A DNA stretch of 63,785 nt, counting the filler, from Octopus bimaculoides (Eukaryota), in assembly GCF_001194135.2 (NCBI RefSeq). It is 4 parts of 4 records of this genome, joined end to end, with 100 filler letters (N's around TTAATTAATTAA, not from the genome) between each part and the next. Parts side by side here need not be neighbours in the genome. Positions count along the whole stretch, not along the records: positions 1 to 24,692 come from NC_068994.1; positions 24,793 to 46,182 come from NC_068991.1; 2 more parts are not named here. One strand, given 5' to 3'. Below the pieces are notes generated by a model. The model searched no databases. It had not been told where the DNA came from and was given only the letters and a program-made list of their open reading frames with translations. Made by a program: the position numbers and the translations under genes. Below, one piece after another: positions 13,681-26,880 of this stretch. Every line of letters starts with the position of its first letter. Position 1 is the stretch's first letter.

Positions 13681-14694
13681 TTTGCGTCAACAGGTACTCC
13701 AGGCCGACCTGCAAATAGAGTTCCTCGACAGGAATTCTTTCTTTACGCTAATGGTGAAGGCAAACTCGACTACAATACTGGCCACAGCTAGCTGAAACGG
13801 CATCTGCAACTGCAACCAGCTTCCAAGCTCCAATCATTCGGGCGAGGATACGCCCGGCCCCACCTTTCTTTTTTCTTTTTGAAACGAACCAAAAAATTCA
13901 CAACAATGCAAAACAGCAGCCGCCGAGAGCAGGCGAAATTGTCCCAGAGCTGGGCGAAATTTACTGAAAAAATTACAAGATAATAAATTATGCCCAGTCA
14001 ACTGCCCCAACGTACTGCTACTTTTTTTTCTTTTTGTCTTTAAAAGGACGGAGCTCACGCAGTTCACGTCTTCCTTGTTCTGCTGGAAGAAGCCAACACA
14101 ACACGCATGCGTGGTAGGCAAGCTACTTACCGCACAGCTACTCCTGCGCCTATCCATACACACACAAGCATATTTACTTACATATGCGCACTCGTATATA
14201 CATGCATACATATCTAAATATACAGGCACATTTATACACAGAGACACATACATACATACACACTTATAAACATAGTTGTATACACATAAACACGCCCACA
14301 TACCACACTTATATATATACTTGTATAAATGTACTTATGTATTGCCGTATATGAACATATCTGTAAGTATATGTATATATTTATGTGTGTGTGTGAGTGT
14401 GTGTGTGTGTGAGTGTATGTGTGTGTGTTTGTATGTATGTATTTATGTATGTATGAATGTACGTTTGTATGATTGTACGTATGTCTGAATGTATGTATAT
14501 GTGTATGTGTGCATGTATGTATGTATGTATGTAAGATGTATGTATGTATGTATGTATGATTGTACGTACGTATGATTGTACGAATGTATGTATGATTGTA
14601 CTACGTATTAATGTGTGTATGTATGCATGGATGTATGTATGTACGTATGTATAAGTATTCTTTCCCCATCATAAATTTCATTTTTTACACTGTC

Positions 14695-14738
<44 letters not shown>

Positions 14739-14755
14739 GCACACACACACACACG

Positions 14756-14794
<39 letters not shown>

Positions 14795-14870
14795 TGTGTG
14801 TACGTATTTATGGCAGCTCTTGAGAAATAAAATGTTTAGTTATTCGACTTTGTTTTATTGAGTATATGCT

Positions 14871-14902
<32 letters not shown>

Positions 14903-15816
14903 ATACATACATATATACATACGTACGTACGTACGTACATACGTACGTACGTACATACGTACGTACATACATATATATATGCATTTATATATATATATAN
15001 NNNNNNNNNNNNNNNNNNNNNNNNNNNNNNNNNNNNNNNNNNNNNNNNNNNNNNNNNNNNNNNNNNNNNNNNNNNNNNNNNNNNNNNNNNNNNNNNNNNN
15101 NNNNNNNNNNNNNNNNNNNNNNNNNNNNNNNNNNNNNNNNNNNNNNNNNNNNNNNNNNNNNNNNNNNNNNNNNNNNNNNNNNNNNNNNNNNNNNNNNNNN
15201 NNNNNNNNNNNNNNNNNNNNNNNNNNNNNNNNNNNNNNNNNNNNNNNNNNNNNNNNNNNNNNNNNNNNNNNNNNNNNNNNNNNNNNNNNNNNNNNNNNNN
15301 NNNNNNNNNNNNNNNNNNNNNNNNNNNNNNNNNNNNNNNNNNNNNNNNNNNNNNNNNNNNNNNNNNNNNNNNNNNNNNNNNNNNNNNNNNNNNNNNNNNN
15401 NNNNNNNNNNNNNNNNNNNNNNNNNNNNNNNNNNNNNNNNNNNNNNNNNNNNNNNNNNNNNNNNNNNNNNNNNNNNNNNNNNNNNNNNNNNNNNNNNNNN
15501 NNNNNNNNNNNNNNNNNNNNNNNNNNNNNNNNNNNNNNNNNNNNNNNNNNNNNNNNNNNNNNNNNNNNNNNNNNNNNNNNNNNNNNNNNNNNNNNNNNNN
15601 NNNNNNNNNNNNNNNNNNNNNNNNNNNNNNNNNNNNNNNNNNNNNNNNNNNNNNNNNNNNNNNNNNNNNNNNNNNNNNNNNNNNNNNNNNNNNNNNNNNN
15701 NNNNNNNNNNNNNNNNNNNNNNNNNNNNNNNNNNNNNNNNNNNNNNNNNNNNNNATATATATATATATACATGGTGGTTGTCTACGCCTTATGCAGAGTT
15801 TAACCACCTCCTGTAC

Positions 15817-16030
15817 CTACACTTTAGCACCATCATGGCATCTGATGTGGCTTTTTAAACCAGACAATGTTCTGAAAAGACACCCACATAGATTGCTCCT
15901 CCGATTTGGACCACCAAGAGCTGCAGATAAGTTCTGCTCTTTGTGGATCTTAAAATGTCTCTTGAGGCCTCCGTTGGATTTGCAAGCCTTCTGTCATACA
16001 TATATGAGCAATTGCGCCTGTTGTTTAAAG
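15817..16030 (-). mobile_element. RTE-clade LINE 3' end with two decayed C2H2-like zinc fingers
   Basis: KACKSNGGLKRHFKIH...NLCGCLFRTLSGLKSHIRCH then stop; resembles the C-terminal fingers of RTE/RTE-X ORFs. Confidence 0.55.
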
Positions 16031-16264
16031 GATGTTGAAGGAAACTGTACTGAAGACTATGCTGGTTTTCATGTGCAGCAGGACATGTTCTGTGCAGCAG
16101 AAACACGTGTTGGTCATTTTAACCGAACCTTGGCATTGTAGGATTAATTTTAGAACTAATATTTTTGTTAAGCCTGATATTTATTCTTTCGATCGCTTTA
16201 GCCGAACCTCTAGGTTACGGGAACTTAAATACGCCAACACCAGTTGCCAAGCGGTGGTGACGGA

Positions 16265-16371
<107 letters not shown>

Positions 16372-16384
16372 GCATACATATGTC

Positions 16385-16552
16385 TACGACATGCTTCTTT
16401 CAGTCAGTTTCCGTCTACCAAATCCTCTCACAAGACTTTGGTCTGTTCGAAGCTATAGTAGAAGATATCCAAGGTGCCACTCAGTGTGTCTGAACCCGGA
16501 GCCATGTGGTTGGACAGCAAACTTCTTACCACACAGCCACGCTTGTGCCTAC
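16385..16552 (-). mobile_element. SINE family 2 head
   Basis: Same diagnostic block. Confidence 0.8.
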
Positions 16553-17209
16553 TTCACTAACCTTTTTAGACGTTTTCAACATTATCTTTTTTTAATTCCT
16601 TCTTTTTAAATTCCAAATATAATGGAACAGAGAATCAACATTTATTATAGAAAATTCTTTCAAACAACATTTTGATTTCTTTATGTTGTCGTTTTGTTTT
16701 TAGTTTCATTCCAGCCATGACCATCCCATTCATTTTTAAAAACTACTCAGAGTATATACAGGACCTCACATTCCGATATGCTTTCTTCCCTCTCTTTTGA
16801 AAAATAGCAATGTATGATTTAAGGAAAACTTTTGGCTTTATTTCTAGCAGATGGAATCACTAATTTATTTCAGTGATGCTCAAATTTTGTTTAATCATCG
16901 TCCCGTATTTATTTTTACAAACAGTTTTTCAACATCTCCCCTATGATTCTATACCCCCACACTTTTTAATGTATATACTCAGAATATCAAGCCAAAATAA
17001 TCTATTATTTTCGTGTACTATTCTGAGACGGATGACTACTTACCTCAGTACCACATATTATGAGCGAAGAATATAAGGAAAAGTAATACATATTAAGTTT
17101 TTTTTTATTCTTTCGCTTTACATTTTGAAGACAAGTATTGTTGTTGCAGCTGTCGTTATTATTGTTGTTGTTGTTTCCGTGATTGCAGCTAAAAACAAGT
17201 GTTTATCAT

Positions 17210-17428
17210 AAAATCGGTTTCAAATTTTGGCTCAAGGCCTGTAAGTGCGGGGCAAGGAGTAACCTGATTTCAACGACCCCAATATTCAACTGGTACTTAT
17301 TTTATCGACCTTGACAAGATGAAAGATAAAGTTGACTTCAATGGGATTTGAACTGAGAACTTAAAAACTGACGAAATGCCGCCAAGCAATTTGTGCAGCG
17401 CGCTAACGATTCTGCCAGCTTGCTGCTT
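17210..17428 (-). mobile_element. SINE family 1
   Basis: Same diagnostic body. Confidence 0.8.
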
Positions 17429-18407
17429 TAGTTTATCACAATATTACATTTAAAAATATTTTAAAAGTTCAAATTGAATTAAGATGCAATCTCTAATATA
17501 CTGTACAGATGCATCTACCATCAACCCCAGTACTACCTCTCTGCCCACAGTACCCATACGAAAAATTCCAAAGTGGGTGGTACCGCGTCCACTACAACAG
17601 TGATGGCACCGCCCACTTTGACAAACACTGGTTTTATTGAATGTTTTACTTGACAATATGGCGGAGATATGAGACTCAAAATAGTTTAATTTGCAACCGG
17701 AAGCTCTTTAGCGACCGGAACATTTTTTTTCTAACATAATATTTTCACGAACAAACGACATCTTAGAATGGAAATAAGTGTCTGAAAATGGGATGGGAAT
17801 GAGTGGGGAAATAATAAACAAATGAAATAAAAAGTTAACATTTTCTTTTTACCCTGGGTGTGGCTTAAGCTGTCGGCAAGATGGAAAAAGGGTTTCTCAT
17901 GTCAAAACATTCCGGCCTCCGCAAGAATTACGGGTGACATCCTGCGGATATAGAAGAGTTACGCTAAATGATTGATGCCGTTTCTACGAAGAGTTATTAA
18001 CGAAGGAGGTAGGATGTTGCGCCACTGGTATTCAGGCCAAAACAGGAGAGTGGAAGATATATATANNNNNNNNNNNNNNNNNNNNNNNNNNNNNNNNNNN
18101 NNNNNNNNNNNNNNNNNNNNNNNNNNNNNNNNNNNNNNNNNNNNNNNNNNNNNNNNNNNNNNNNNNNNNNNNNNNNNNNNNNNNNNNNNNNNNNNNNNNN
18201 NNNNNNNNNNNNNNNNNNNNNNNNNNNNNNNNNNNNNNNNNNNNNNNNNNNNNNNNNNNNNNNNNNNNNNNNNNNNNNNNNNNNNNNNNNNNNNNNNNNN
18301 NNNNNNNNNNNNNNNNNNNNNNNNNNNNNNNNNNNNNNNNNNNNNNNNNNNNNNNNNNNNNNNNNNNNNNNNNNNNNNNNNNNNNNNNNNNNNNNNNNNN
18401 NNNNNNN

Positions 18408-18493
<86 letters not shown>

Positions 18494-19539
18494 CATACAT
18501 ACATGTAATATACGTTACACAAGCTTGTGTACATTCGAGCACGTGTGTGTATATGCAAGCTGATATGGATATTCTTAATACATATAAAAGAAAAAGCAAC
18601 ATATACACATATTCACACACAAGAAACAGATGGTATATTAATGGAAAAAAAAAGAAGATAAGGAGCACGCGAACAGACAAACAGACAGATGGTCTCTCGC
18701 TACGAGTAAACATCTAAGAAATGTCGAAGATTAAGTTATCTTTTGGACGATTACATCTTAACTTCCGAAGTCGTTTAATCCGTTTTAGTAATTAAGATAA
18801 GACACCGACCTAACTTCATTATTTTTTGTTTGTTTGTTTGTATTTATTTTATATATCTTACAACATTCATCAGAGATTCGTTGCATTTCTGCCGGGGAGA
18901 ACGACAAGGGAGTGGCTGTATTAGAGATCTCACCGTTGAACCACGTATCAAAAATGCCACTATTGATTGATTTATTTATTTGTACATTACCGCCAAAGTC
19001 TAAGTATTCATACATGTGTGTATGTGTGTGTATATGTATGTGGTGGGGTATGTATATATATATATAACATATATATATATATACACATAAATATATACAT
19101 ACATACATACATAATACACACATACTTACACACACATATATGTGTGTGTATATATATATAGATGTATATATAGATACATACACATACACATATATATATA
19201 CACATATATATGTGTGTGTATGTGTGGATGTATGTATGTGTGGATGTATGTATGTGTGTATTATACATGTATGTGTGTATATATATATGTTGTTTTATTC
19301 TTTTACGTGTTCCAGTAATTTGACTGCGGCCATGCGGAAGCACCACCATATATAAATAGAGGGTGTCACATTATAGATTCTGCTATAGTTGTTGACACGA
19401 AAAGACAAGATGACTGCATGTAACGTGGTGCGGACGTCACAGGTACGCTATTTCCCTAGATAAAGAATACCTTAAATGTCATACTCTATCTGGAAGTTGA
19501 TTTAAGTTATGTCATTTTGTTCGTTATCGGTACAAATGG

Positions 19540-20045
19540 TAGGTGATGTGGTACTTCTCAAGCATACATAAGTAATATTATAACTAATATTTGGTTGTAT
19601 GAGATCTGTTTAAGCTAAACCAGACAATGCTGGTACACCACTCTTTCGTTTGCCCATAGGTACTTTGAGAGCGACACGCAGTCTGTGATGATGTGTGTAA
19701 AATCTCATATGCTATTGTTGTCGGTGCTTAAATGAATTTCTGGTAAACTGATATACGACATAGTAGTTACAGCGGTCTTGTGCAATAAAATTGCTCATAA
19801 ACTGGTTATCTAAGGCATACGACTTATTGTGTCAACAATCTCAATTGTCTTCTATTTGGCGTGAATTGTTTGAAAGAACCTGTAGTTATGCAACGGAATG
19901 AGGCAAAACAACTGACTTTACAGCAGTTCCTATTGTATAATTTGTAGAGTTGCATTTCTGGGATTATTTGCTGGTTATAGAGAGGGATTGCTTTGCCAAA
20001 CAGGTTATAACGATCTTCCTCCACGGTGGATTGAACCAAATCGTA
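19540..20045 (-). mobile_element. Decayed Penelope-like element, linker + GIY-YIG endonuclease
   Basis: Frameshifted WFNPP, KLYNRNCCKVS and YLCMLEKYHI motifs, matching Penelope WFNPP...KIFNRNTVKISY...CNLCxxEKxxI. Confidence 0.7.
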
Positions 20046-20167
20046 TTTCTCTCACTAGTTCACCTTTTTTTATGCGTTGAATAAACTTTATCTTTCTACT
20101 TGTTCTACAATATATTTCAACGCTTCGAAAACAAACTTGTTTGTTTCCATAGGACTTAACATATATG

Positions 20168-20210
<43 letters not shown>

Positions 20211-20834
20211 NNNNNNNNNNCTATTGATTGATTGATTGATTGATTGTTGTTGTTGTGTGACCTCCTGGCCGCCCTCATCGAGTAGGCAATGTTCTTTCGA
20301 CGATCCTGTTTTTGTTTTATATGTCAGAGAGACTTCTATGCCAAGGGTGCCCATTTTTATTTTCTTAAGCAAACGACTGCATTTCTAACAAATTGAATGG
20401 CCATCCAGTGACCTCCGACCCTTCCTGTGCGTTGTTGCGCTGCCATCTCAGCTAAACTTACAGTTTTATTTCTGTATTCAGAGAGAGCCAATATCTACAC
20501 AATAGGATCGTGATGGTGGTGGTGGTGGTATGACGATGATGACAATCATGGTGACGGTTTTTGTGGATAGAAAATCACCGGAAATTTATATTTTCAATGT
20601 ATATTCCACCTCCAGCTAATTCACTAATCTACCGGTTTCGCTAATTAATACAATCAATACAGACAACGGTGTTTCCTAGGGCTAAATAACAGTAGCATTC
20701 TTCCCTTTCTTGGGACTGCCACATTAAGCTGGCAAAAGGCAATCTTATTTCCTTTATAGCTTTAATATAACTAACAGCCTTTTTGCTTTCATTTTCTGTG
20801 CTTTTCTTCGTATTTTATTGTTTCTCTTTCTTTA

Positions 20835-21255
20835 AAGCAACGAGCTGCAAGAATCGTCAGCACACCATCTAAAACACTGAGCGGTATTCCGTCGGTCCTT
20901 ATGTTCTGAGTTCAAATTCCGTTGAGGTCGGACTTGCCTTTCTTCTTTTCGTGGTCGAAATAATCAACTAGACCTCTCCACCCCACCCTACCCCCAACCG
21001 AAAAATTCAGTAATAAAGATTATTTCTGTTTCATTTGAGCGGCGAGCTGGCAGAGTTGGTAGCCACACCGTACAACATTTTTAGCAGCGTATCTTCCGGC
21101 TTTACGTTCTGAGTTCAAATCCAGCAAAGGTCGACCCTGCCTTTCATTATTATGAGTTCGATGAAATAAGTACCAGTTAAATCACTAGGGTATATATAAT
21201 CAATTAGCCCTCGCCTCTCCAATTTCAGGCCTTGCGCATATAGTATAAAGAATTA
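20835..21255 (+). mobile_element. Two tandem SINE family 1 copies
   Basis: Heads at ~20835 and ~21037, each with GAGTTCAAAT. Confidence 0.75.
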
Positions 21256-21880
21256 ATTCTTTATCTTTGTTGCACAGTATAATGTTACAATAGAATTTCG
21301 TTGCAGAGGCACAGTTAACGTAGAGAATAGTGATATGTTCGTTGGTCTGAAATTAACAATCGGTTCATAAAAACTCCGAATACATCGTAGACATCTTGTT
21401 AACAAAGGATTTGTTTCTGTAGAATAGCACTGGTGCTGAGAAAAAAAATACAAGCAGAATCAATGTACAAGAATTATAGAATAAATCAACGAAGACAACA
21501 CAAGAGAGAATTTTACATAGGTATGTTTAGTGGCGTAAAATATAAATATATACACTCACGGAGAGGAACAGAGGGGTTAGAATAATCGGTTAAAGGACCA
21601 AAAGTTAATTGGTTTGCTTAATTCTTTGCGATCTCTGTCGCACTGCCGCAAAATTAGAGCAAGATTAATAGTTGGAGCGTCAAACCAAAACCAGAAGAAA
21701 AATCAAAGTTATATACAGACGTACATATACACGTATATATTTATACATATGTCTCTGTGGATATATATTATATGTATATATATATATATATATGTATATG
21801 TATATTTTGTGTACATAAAAATGCATACATATATACACATATATGTAAATATATACATATATAAGTACATATATAAGTAC

Positions 21881-21943
<63 letters not shown>

Positions 21944-22194
21944 NNNNNNNNNNNNNNNNNNNNNNNNNNNNNNNNNNNNNNNNNNNNNNNNNNNNNNNNN
22001 NNNNNNNNNNNNNNNNNNNNNNNNNNNNNNNNNNNNNNNNNNNNNNNNNNNNNNNNNNNNNNNNNNNNNNNNNNNNNNNNNNNNNNNNNNNNNNNNNNNN
22101 NNNNNNNNNNNNNNNNNNNNNNNNNNNNNNNNNNNNNNNNNNNNNNNNNNNNNNNNNNNNNNNNNNNNNNNNNNNNNNNNNNNNNNNNNNNNNN

Positions 22195-22258
<64 letters not shown>

Positions 22259-22674
22259 GTATGCATGTATGTATATATATATATGTACGTATGCATATAT
22301 AAATATATACTTATATACACACATATATATATATACACATACATACATACATACATATATCACAGTGCATATCCAAGCAGGATGCACTCCATTTTACGTC
22401 GCTTCGTTCTCCCGCGTGCACATGACATCATATTGAACAACAAAGAATGCGAGATCAAACCAAGGAAATTCCGAAGACTTTTTGGGTTTTGTGTCTTTTT
22501 TTCCTTCATTGATTGAATTTTTTATTTGTTTTTTTTTTTGTTTTTTTTCATCTTTTTTTTTTCTTTTAATTGATATTGTCTGTATTATTATTATTTTTTT
22601 ATTGGTCAGAATTAATGGGAGAGACATTTTCATTTAATTTTTTGAATTTCATTAGGAGAAAAGGTTAAAAGAAA

Positions 22675-22785
22675 GAAAGAAAAAAGAAAGAAAGAAGAAG
22701 AAGAAGAAGAAGAAGAAGAAGAAGAAGAAGAAGAAGAAGAAGAAGAAGAAGAAGAAGAAGAAGGAGGAAAGAGGAGGAGGGGATT
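22675..22785. repeat. (AAG)n microsatellite
   Basis: Direct reading; similar (AAT)n/(AAG)n tracts at 660-713, 6560-6612 and 8685-8743. Confidence 0.95.
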
Positions 22786-23206
22786 GAAAATAGCCCTTTT
22801 CATCCCAATTTAAAATTTAATTCGTTGATAATTATTTTTAGTTCGCTTTCAGAACACGTAAATATGTATGTAGGTATGTTAAGATGTGTGTGTACTTATC
22901 AGTGAATGCTCATTATCATCATCATCATCATTATTATTAATATTATTATCATTATTATTATTACTTTTATTGTTACTGTCCAATGTACGATAGAACATAT
23001 TACGTGTTTGAGTAATAGTTGGCGGTATTTCTATGTCCATACATGAGCGTATATGTATACATATATATTCATATACATATATATTTATACACACATATAT
23101 ATCATATACATTTATGTGTATGTATATATACGTATGCATATGCAAATGGACGATGATGTACAATAAAGTTAAAACAGTTGTCGTAATCCCTTTAGATAAA
23201 TTAAAA

Positions 23207-23261
<55 letters not shown>

Positions 23262-23484
23262 CTGTGTGTATGTGTGTGTCTGCGATAGGTTTCGAGATAA
23301 GATGGAGAACAAAAATAGCGAGCGAAGTAAGAGAAATAGAAAAGATAAAAGTAAAAATAACCTGCCACATCTCCCAACACAATACAAAAGCAAAAGTAAA
23401 GAATACAGTTCTATATATGAGAGATGAGGAAATATGCGCACTATTTACATTTGACGGATATTTGTCTTCATCTTGTTTGTTGTT

Positions 23485-23530
23485 AACACAACGTTTCGGC
23501 TTATATACTCTCCAGCCTTCAGCAGGTGTC
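23485..23530 (-). ncRNA. Minimal hammerhead motif, family B (one core mutation)
   Basis: GACAC-CUGCUGA-A-GGCUG-GAGAGUAUAU-AAGCC-GAAA-CG-UU-GUGUU; core CUGAUGA mutated to CUGCUGA. Confidence 0.55.
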
Positions 23531-23598
23531 TTGAGGAAAATTCGAACCTGGGTTCTCATTCCTAAGGTACTTTTCGATGTTGTTATCATTATTATGAT

Positions 23599-23636
<38 letters not shown>

Positions 23637-23687
23637 CGATATCAAAAAATACCTTAGGAATGACAACCCAGGTTCGAAATTTCCCCA

Positions 23688-23734
23688 ATACACCTGATGA
23701 AAGCTGTAGGGTATATCAGTCGAAACGTTGTGTT
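23688..23734 (+). ncRNA. Minimal hammerhead motif, family B
   Basis: ACAC-CUGAUGA-A-AGCUG-UAGGGUAUAU-CAGUC-GAAA-CG-UU-GUGU. Intact core and palindromic AACGUU stem III; the stem II closing pair is A.C instead of G-C. Confidence 0.62.
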
Positions 23735-23902
23735 AACAACAAACAAGATGAAGACAAATGTCCGTCAAATGTAAATAATGTAAATAATAGAGAAATAAAG
23801 CATTTATCAAGTTTATTTTATTTCAATATTTCTCGTGTTGCTTTGCCTTTGGTTTTCCTCGCATAGAAAAAAGGACTGCAGGTTATTTTTACTTTCTTTC
23901 TG

Positions 23903-23933
<31 letters not shown>

Positions 23934-24692
23934 GGCAGAGATATAAAGAGACATGTATATATATATATACATACATACATACATACATATAAATATATGC
24001 ATGTATGTATATGTATATATATACATGTATATAAATGTACAATTCATTAATATTGTCACAGTTAATATACACATGATATACACCCATGCACATAGGCAAT
24101 AGCTTAACTGGCCGAAACTTCGAAGTCACTGTCAATAATATTCTTGCTGAAGAATAATAAATTTGTGCTCTAGAAAAGTATAGAGGAACCCATGAGATTA
24201 ATGCAAAATTGTTTTTTTATCATAAGTGAACATAAAAACAAACAATATATATGTATGTATATGTATGTGCATGTATGTATATATATATATATATAAATGT
24301 GTATGTATGTATGTGTATATTTAAAAGAATATTTCTTTTTAGTTATAAATTATTAATTATACAAAAATATTCTTTTAAATAATGTTGGTTAACATAGAAT
24401 TGAAGGACGATATTTTCTGTGTGAATGCTTTCACTGTGTTCAGCTTCACAAATACACGTGGTTGAAAGTGTCTTTGAAAAAGGGAAGACAGGGATAGCAC
24501 AGTCGCACACACATGCAACATCTTTCTTACATCAGATATGAGGAGACCAACTTTCAAGAAAGGATCTTAATAATTAATAAAATTTTAATTTTAGGAACAT
24601 TTCTTTGAAAAAAACTTTTTCTATATCAATCCCTTTCAAATTTATTTGATGTACACATATATATATATATATGTATATATGTATATATATAT

Positions 24693-24792
24693 NNNNNNNN
24701 NNNNNNNNNNNNNNNNNNNNNNNNNNNNNNNNNNNNTTAATTAATTAANNNNNNNNNNNNNNNNNNNNNNNNNNNNNNNNNNNNNNNNNNNN
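24693..24792. other. Artificial scaffold/contig linker
   Basis: 44 N + TTAATTAATTAA (stops in all six frames) + 44 N = 100 nt, repeated identically elsewhere in the window. Confidence 0.95.
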
Positions 24793-24829
<37 letters not shown>

Positions 24830-25129
24830 CATATATACATATATATATATATATATATTATTTATATTATATGATTGAACACCATGCATCCATTTCCAAG
24901 TAAGTTTATCTTAATAATTTTGATGCGACTCTCCTCTGTACTGTTTTCTCTCTCCTCCTATTTCACACTCAAGTGGTTAGCAGTGACTAGGCTGATGAAA
25001 ACAATTCCTCCAACAGATAAATTAAACCATCCTTGCAATATGGTGTGCAAAATGGATGCAAATGAGTTACATGCCAGCACAGGTTAGATGTATTGTTATA
25101 TCATTGATGTATTTCAAATAATGTGAGCG

Positions 25130-25405
25130 ACTGCTGGTGCCACATAAAAAGCACCCAGGCCACTCTGTAAAGTTGTTGGCATTAGGAAGGGCATCCAGCC
25201 CTAAAAACCGACCTTGCCAATGCTGGTAACATATAAAAAGCACCCAGTCCACTGTGAAAAGTGGTTGACATTAAGAAGGATATCCAGCCATAAAAATCAT
25301 GCCAAAACAGACAGTAGAGCTTGGTGCAGTCCTCTGGCTTGCCAACTCCTGTCATACTGTCTAATGCATGCCAGCATGGAAAATGGAAGTTAAATGATGA
25401 TGAGA
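25130..25405 (+). mobile_element. (GAT)n-tailed RTE 3' UTR-type repeat in NOP53 intron 5
   Basis: Two internal AAAAAGCACCCAG...AGGAAGGGCATCCAGCC units and a GATGATG tail. Confidence 0.65.
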
Positions 25406-25461
25406 ATCTACTAACCACATTAAAATTATGGGGGAGGGAAACAAAACATGAGTTTGCATAC

Positions 25462-25535
25462 CTTTACTCTTGTCTTATTAGTGTATTTTAAATAATATGG
25501 ATCTGCTTCTACTTCTTCATCTTCCTTCTTACAGT
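25462..25535 (-). CDS. NOP53: NOP53 coding exon 5 (gene incomplete downstream)
   Basis: Acceptor TTTTGTGGATTCCAG, donor AAG|GTATGC; 74 nt. Encodes (D)CKKEDEEVEADPYYLKYTNKTRVK, similar to human DEFFLEQTKKKGVK. The five exons sum to 564 nt = 188 codons with no stop. Later exons were not found before the join at 24693. Confidence 0.86.
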
Positions 25536-26377
25536 CTGGAATCCACAAAAAAAAAGAACAAGAAATAAAAATGGATCAATAATCAAAGCAAAACTTTGAT
25601 TTGCTACAAAATGTCTTTCACTTCAGATTTTTACACAAAAATGGCCAGATAGCAAATTGCTGTGTTGAGGACTGAGCAATGAATTGTATAATCCTTATTG
25701 TACAATACACAGGCATAGCTGCATGGTTGTTTCTCAAACACATAGTTGCCACTGCATGGTACCTTGGGTAAGCATTTTCTACTATGGCCATAATCTGATC
25801 AGAGCCTTGAGAATGGATTTGATAGAATAGGGGAAATAAATTATGCCAACCACCCAACACAAGTATTATCACATTAACCACCTAATAGTCTACTTTGAGC
25901 CAACAAACTCATAGAAGCTGAAGCTTATCTAACTTTCTGAGGCTTTTAAGTGACAGAACACAAGAACAAGACGCCAGTCCATTTGCAGAGTTAACCCCAA
26001 ACTGCTGGTAGAACTCATTTTTGGTGAGTGGACAACAGTAACACAAGAAGAAAAGCCTTGTTCAAGGACACAATGCACCACTTAGTCTGAGAATCAAACC
26101 TACAATTCAATGGTCTGGAGTCCAACATCCTAACCACAAGGCTATGCTCCTCATGATATCATACCAATCCATTCGAGCTGTCTAAAGCAGGAATTATTAT
26201 TACATGGTAGCGAGAGGGAATAAAGAACAGTCATCTAAGATATAGCATTGAAGGAAGAGAAATAAACAGCCATACAAACATTATCTTGCAGTGAAGGAAA
26301 AGAAACAGAAGCAGCAGCTACCAAAAATGGCAACAGATGCACACACTCAAAGAGGAAAAAGAATTTAAATGACTAAC

Positions 26378-26553
26378 CATTCCAAAGATCATAATCTATG
26401 ATCCGATCTGAGAAATATTTTGCTTTCTTTTCTTTGTAGTCTTTATTAGCTTGTATGCGATCATTTATAGTCCTTTCTTCCTTTTTTTTAAGCTTTCTCT
26501 TGAGTAAACGCTCTAGTTGGAAATCCGACACTTTCTTCACAACTCTGTTTGGT
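26378..26553 (-). CDS. NOP53: NOP53 coding exon 4
   Basis: Acceptor TCTCTTCTTTTCTCAG, donor G|GTTAGT; 176 nt. Encodes (K)PNRVVKKVSDFQLERLLKRKLKKKEERTINDRIQANKDYKEKKAKYFSDRIIDYDLWN, including the YDLW motif of NOP53. Confidence 0.88.
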
Positions 26554-26619
26554 CTGAGAAAAGAAGAGAGAAAACGAAATTAAATATAACAAAACAAAAA
26601 TTTTCAAGTTTTTATATTG

Positions 26620-26880
26620 TGACTGGGACCTTTGGAGATATGCTGTGCTTGAGAAGACCCAACAAGCCAAGTGAGACCATGGCCCATGGCCCATGGCTTA
26701 TGCCAGTGGGTGTAACAAGCCCATTTATGAATACCTCTCATTCATTGGACAATAAACCTTGCTTGTGAAGACCTATTGAAGCAAGTGAAATCAAAATCAA
26801 AATTGCTGACATGGTCGACAACAGTACCGCCTGATTGGCACTCGTGCCAGTGGGACATTAAAAGCACATCTGCACGTCTT
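26620..26880 (+). mobile_element. RTE LINE ORF end/3' UTR fragment in NOP53 intron 3
   Basis: GGGACCTTTGGAGATATGCTGTGCTTGAGAAGACC (DLWRYAVLEKT), followed by UTR ending in AAAAGCAC. Confidence 0.5.

Larger units (their letters stand above)
23440..23785. repeat. Inverted pair of family-B hammerhead repeats around an (AAC)n spacer
   Basis: 23440-23578 is the reverse complement of 23640-23780 with scattered mismatches; the ~60-nt spacer contains (AAC)n. Confidence 0.9.

Noticed and set aside
21253-21453. Minus-strand ORF after a good acceptor, considered as NOP53 exon 6
   Set aside because: No NOP53 motifs (PAVEV, SYNP) in any frame and no suitable donor.
24737-24748. TTAATTAATTAA motif repeated three times
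   Set aside because: An assembly linker between N runs, not biological.
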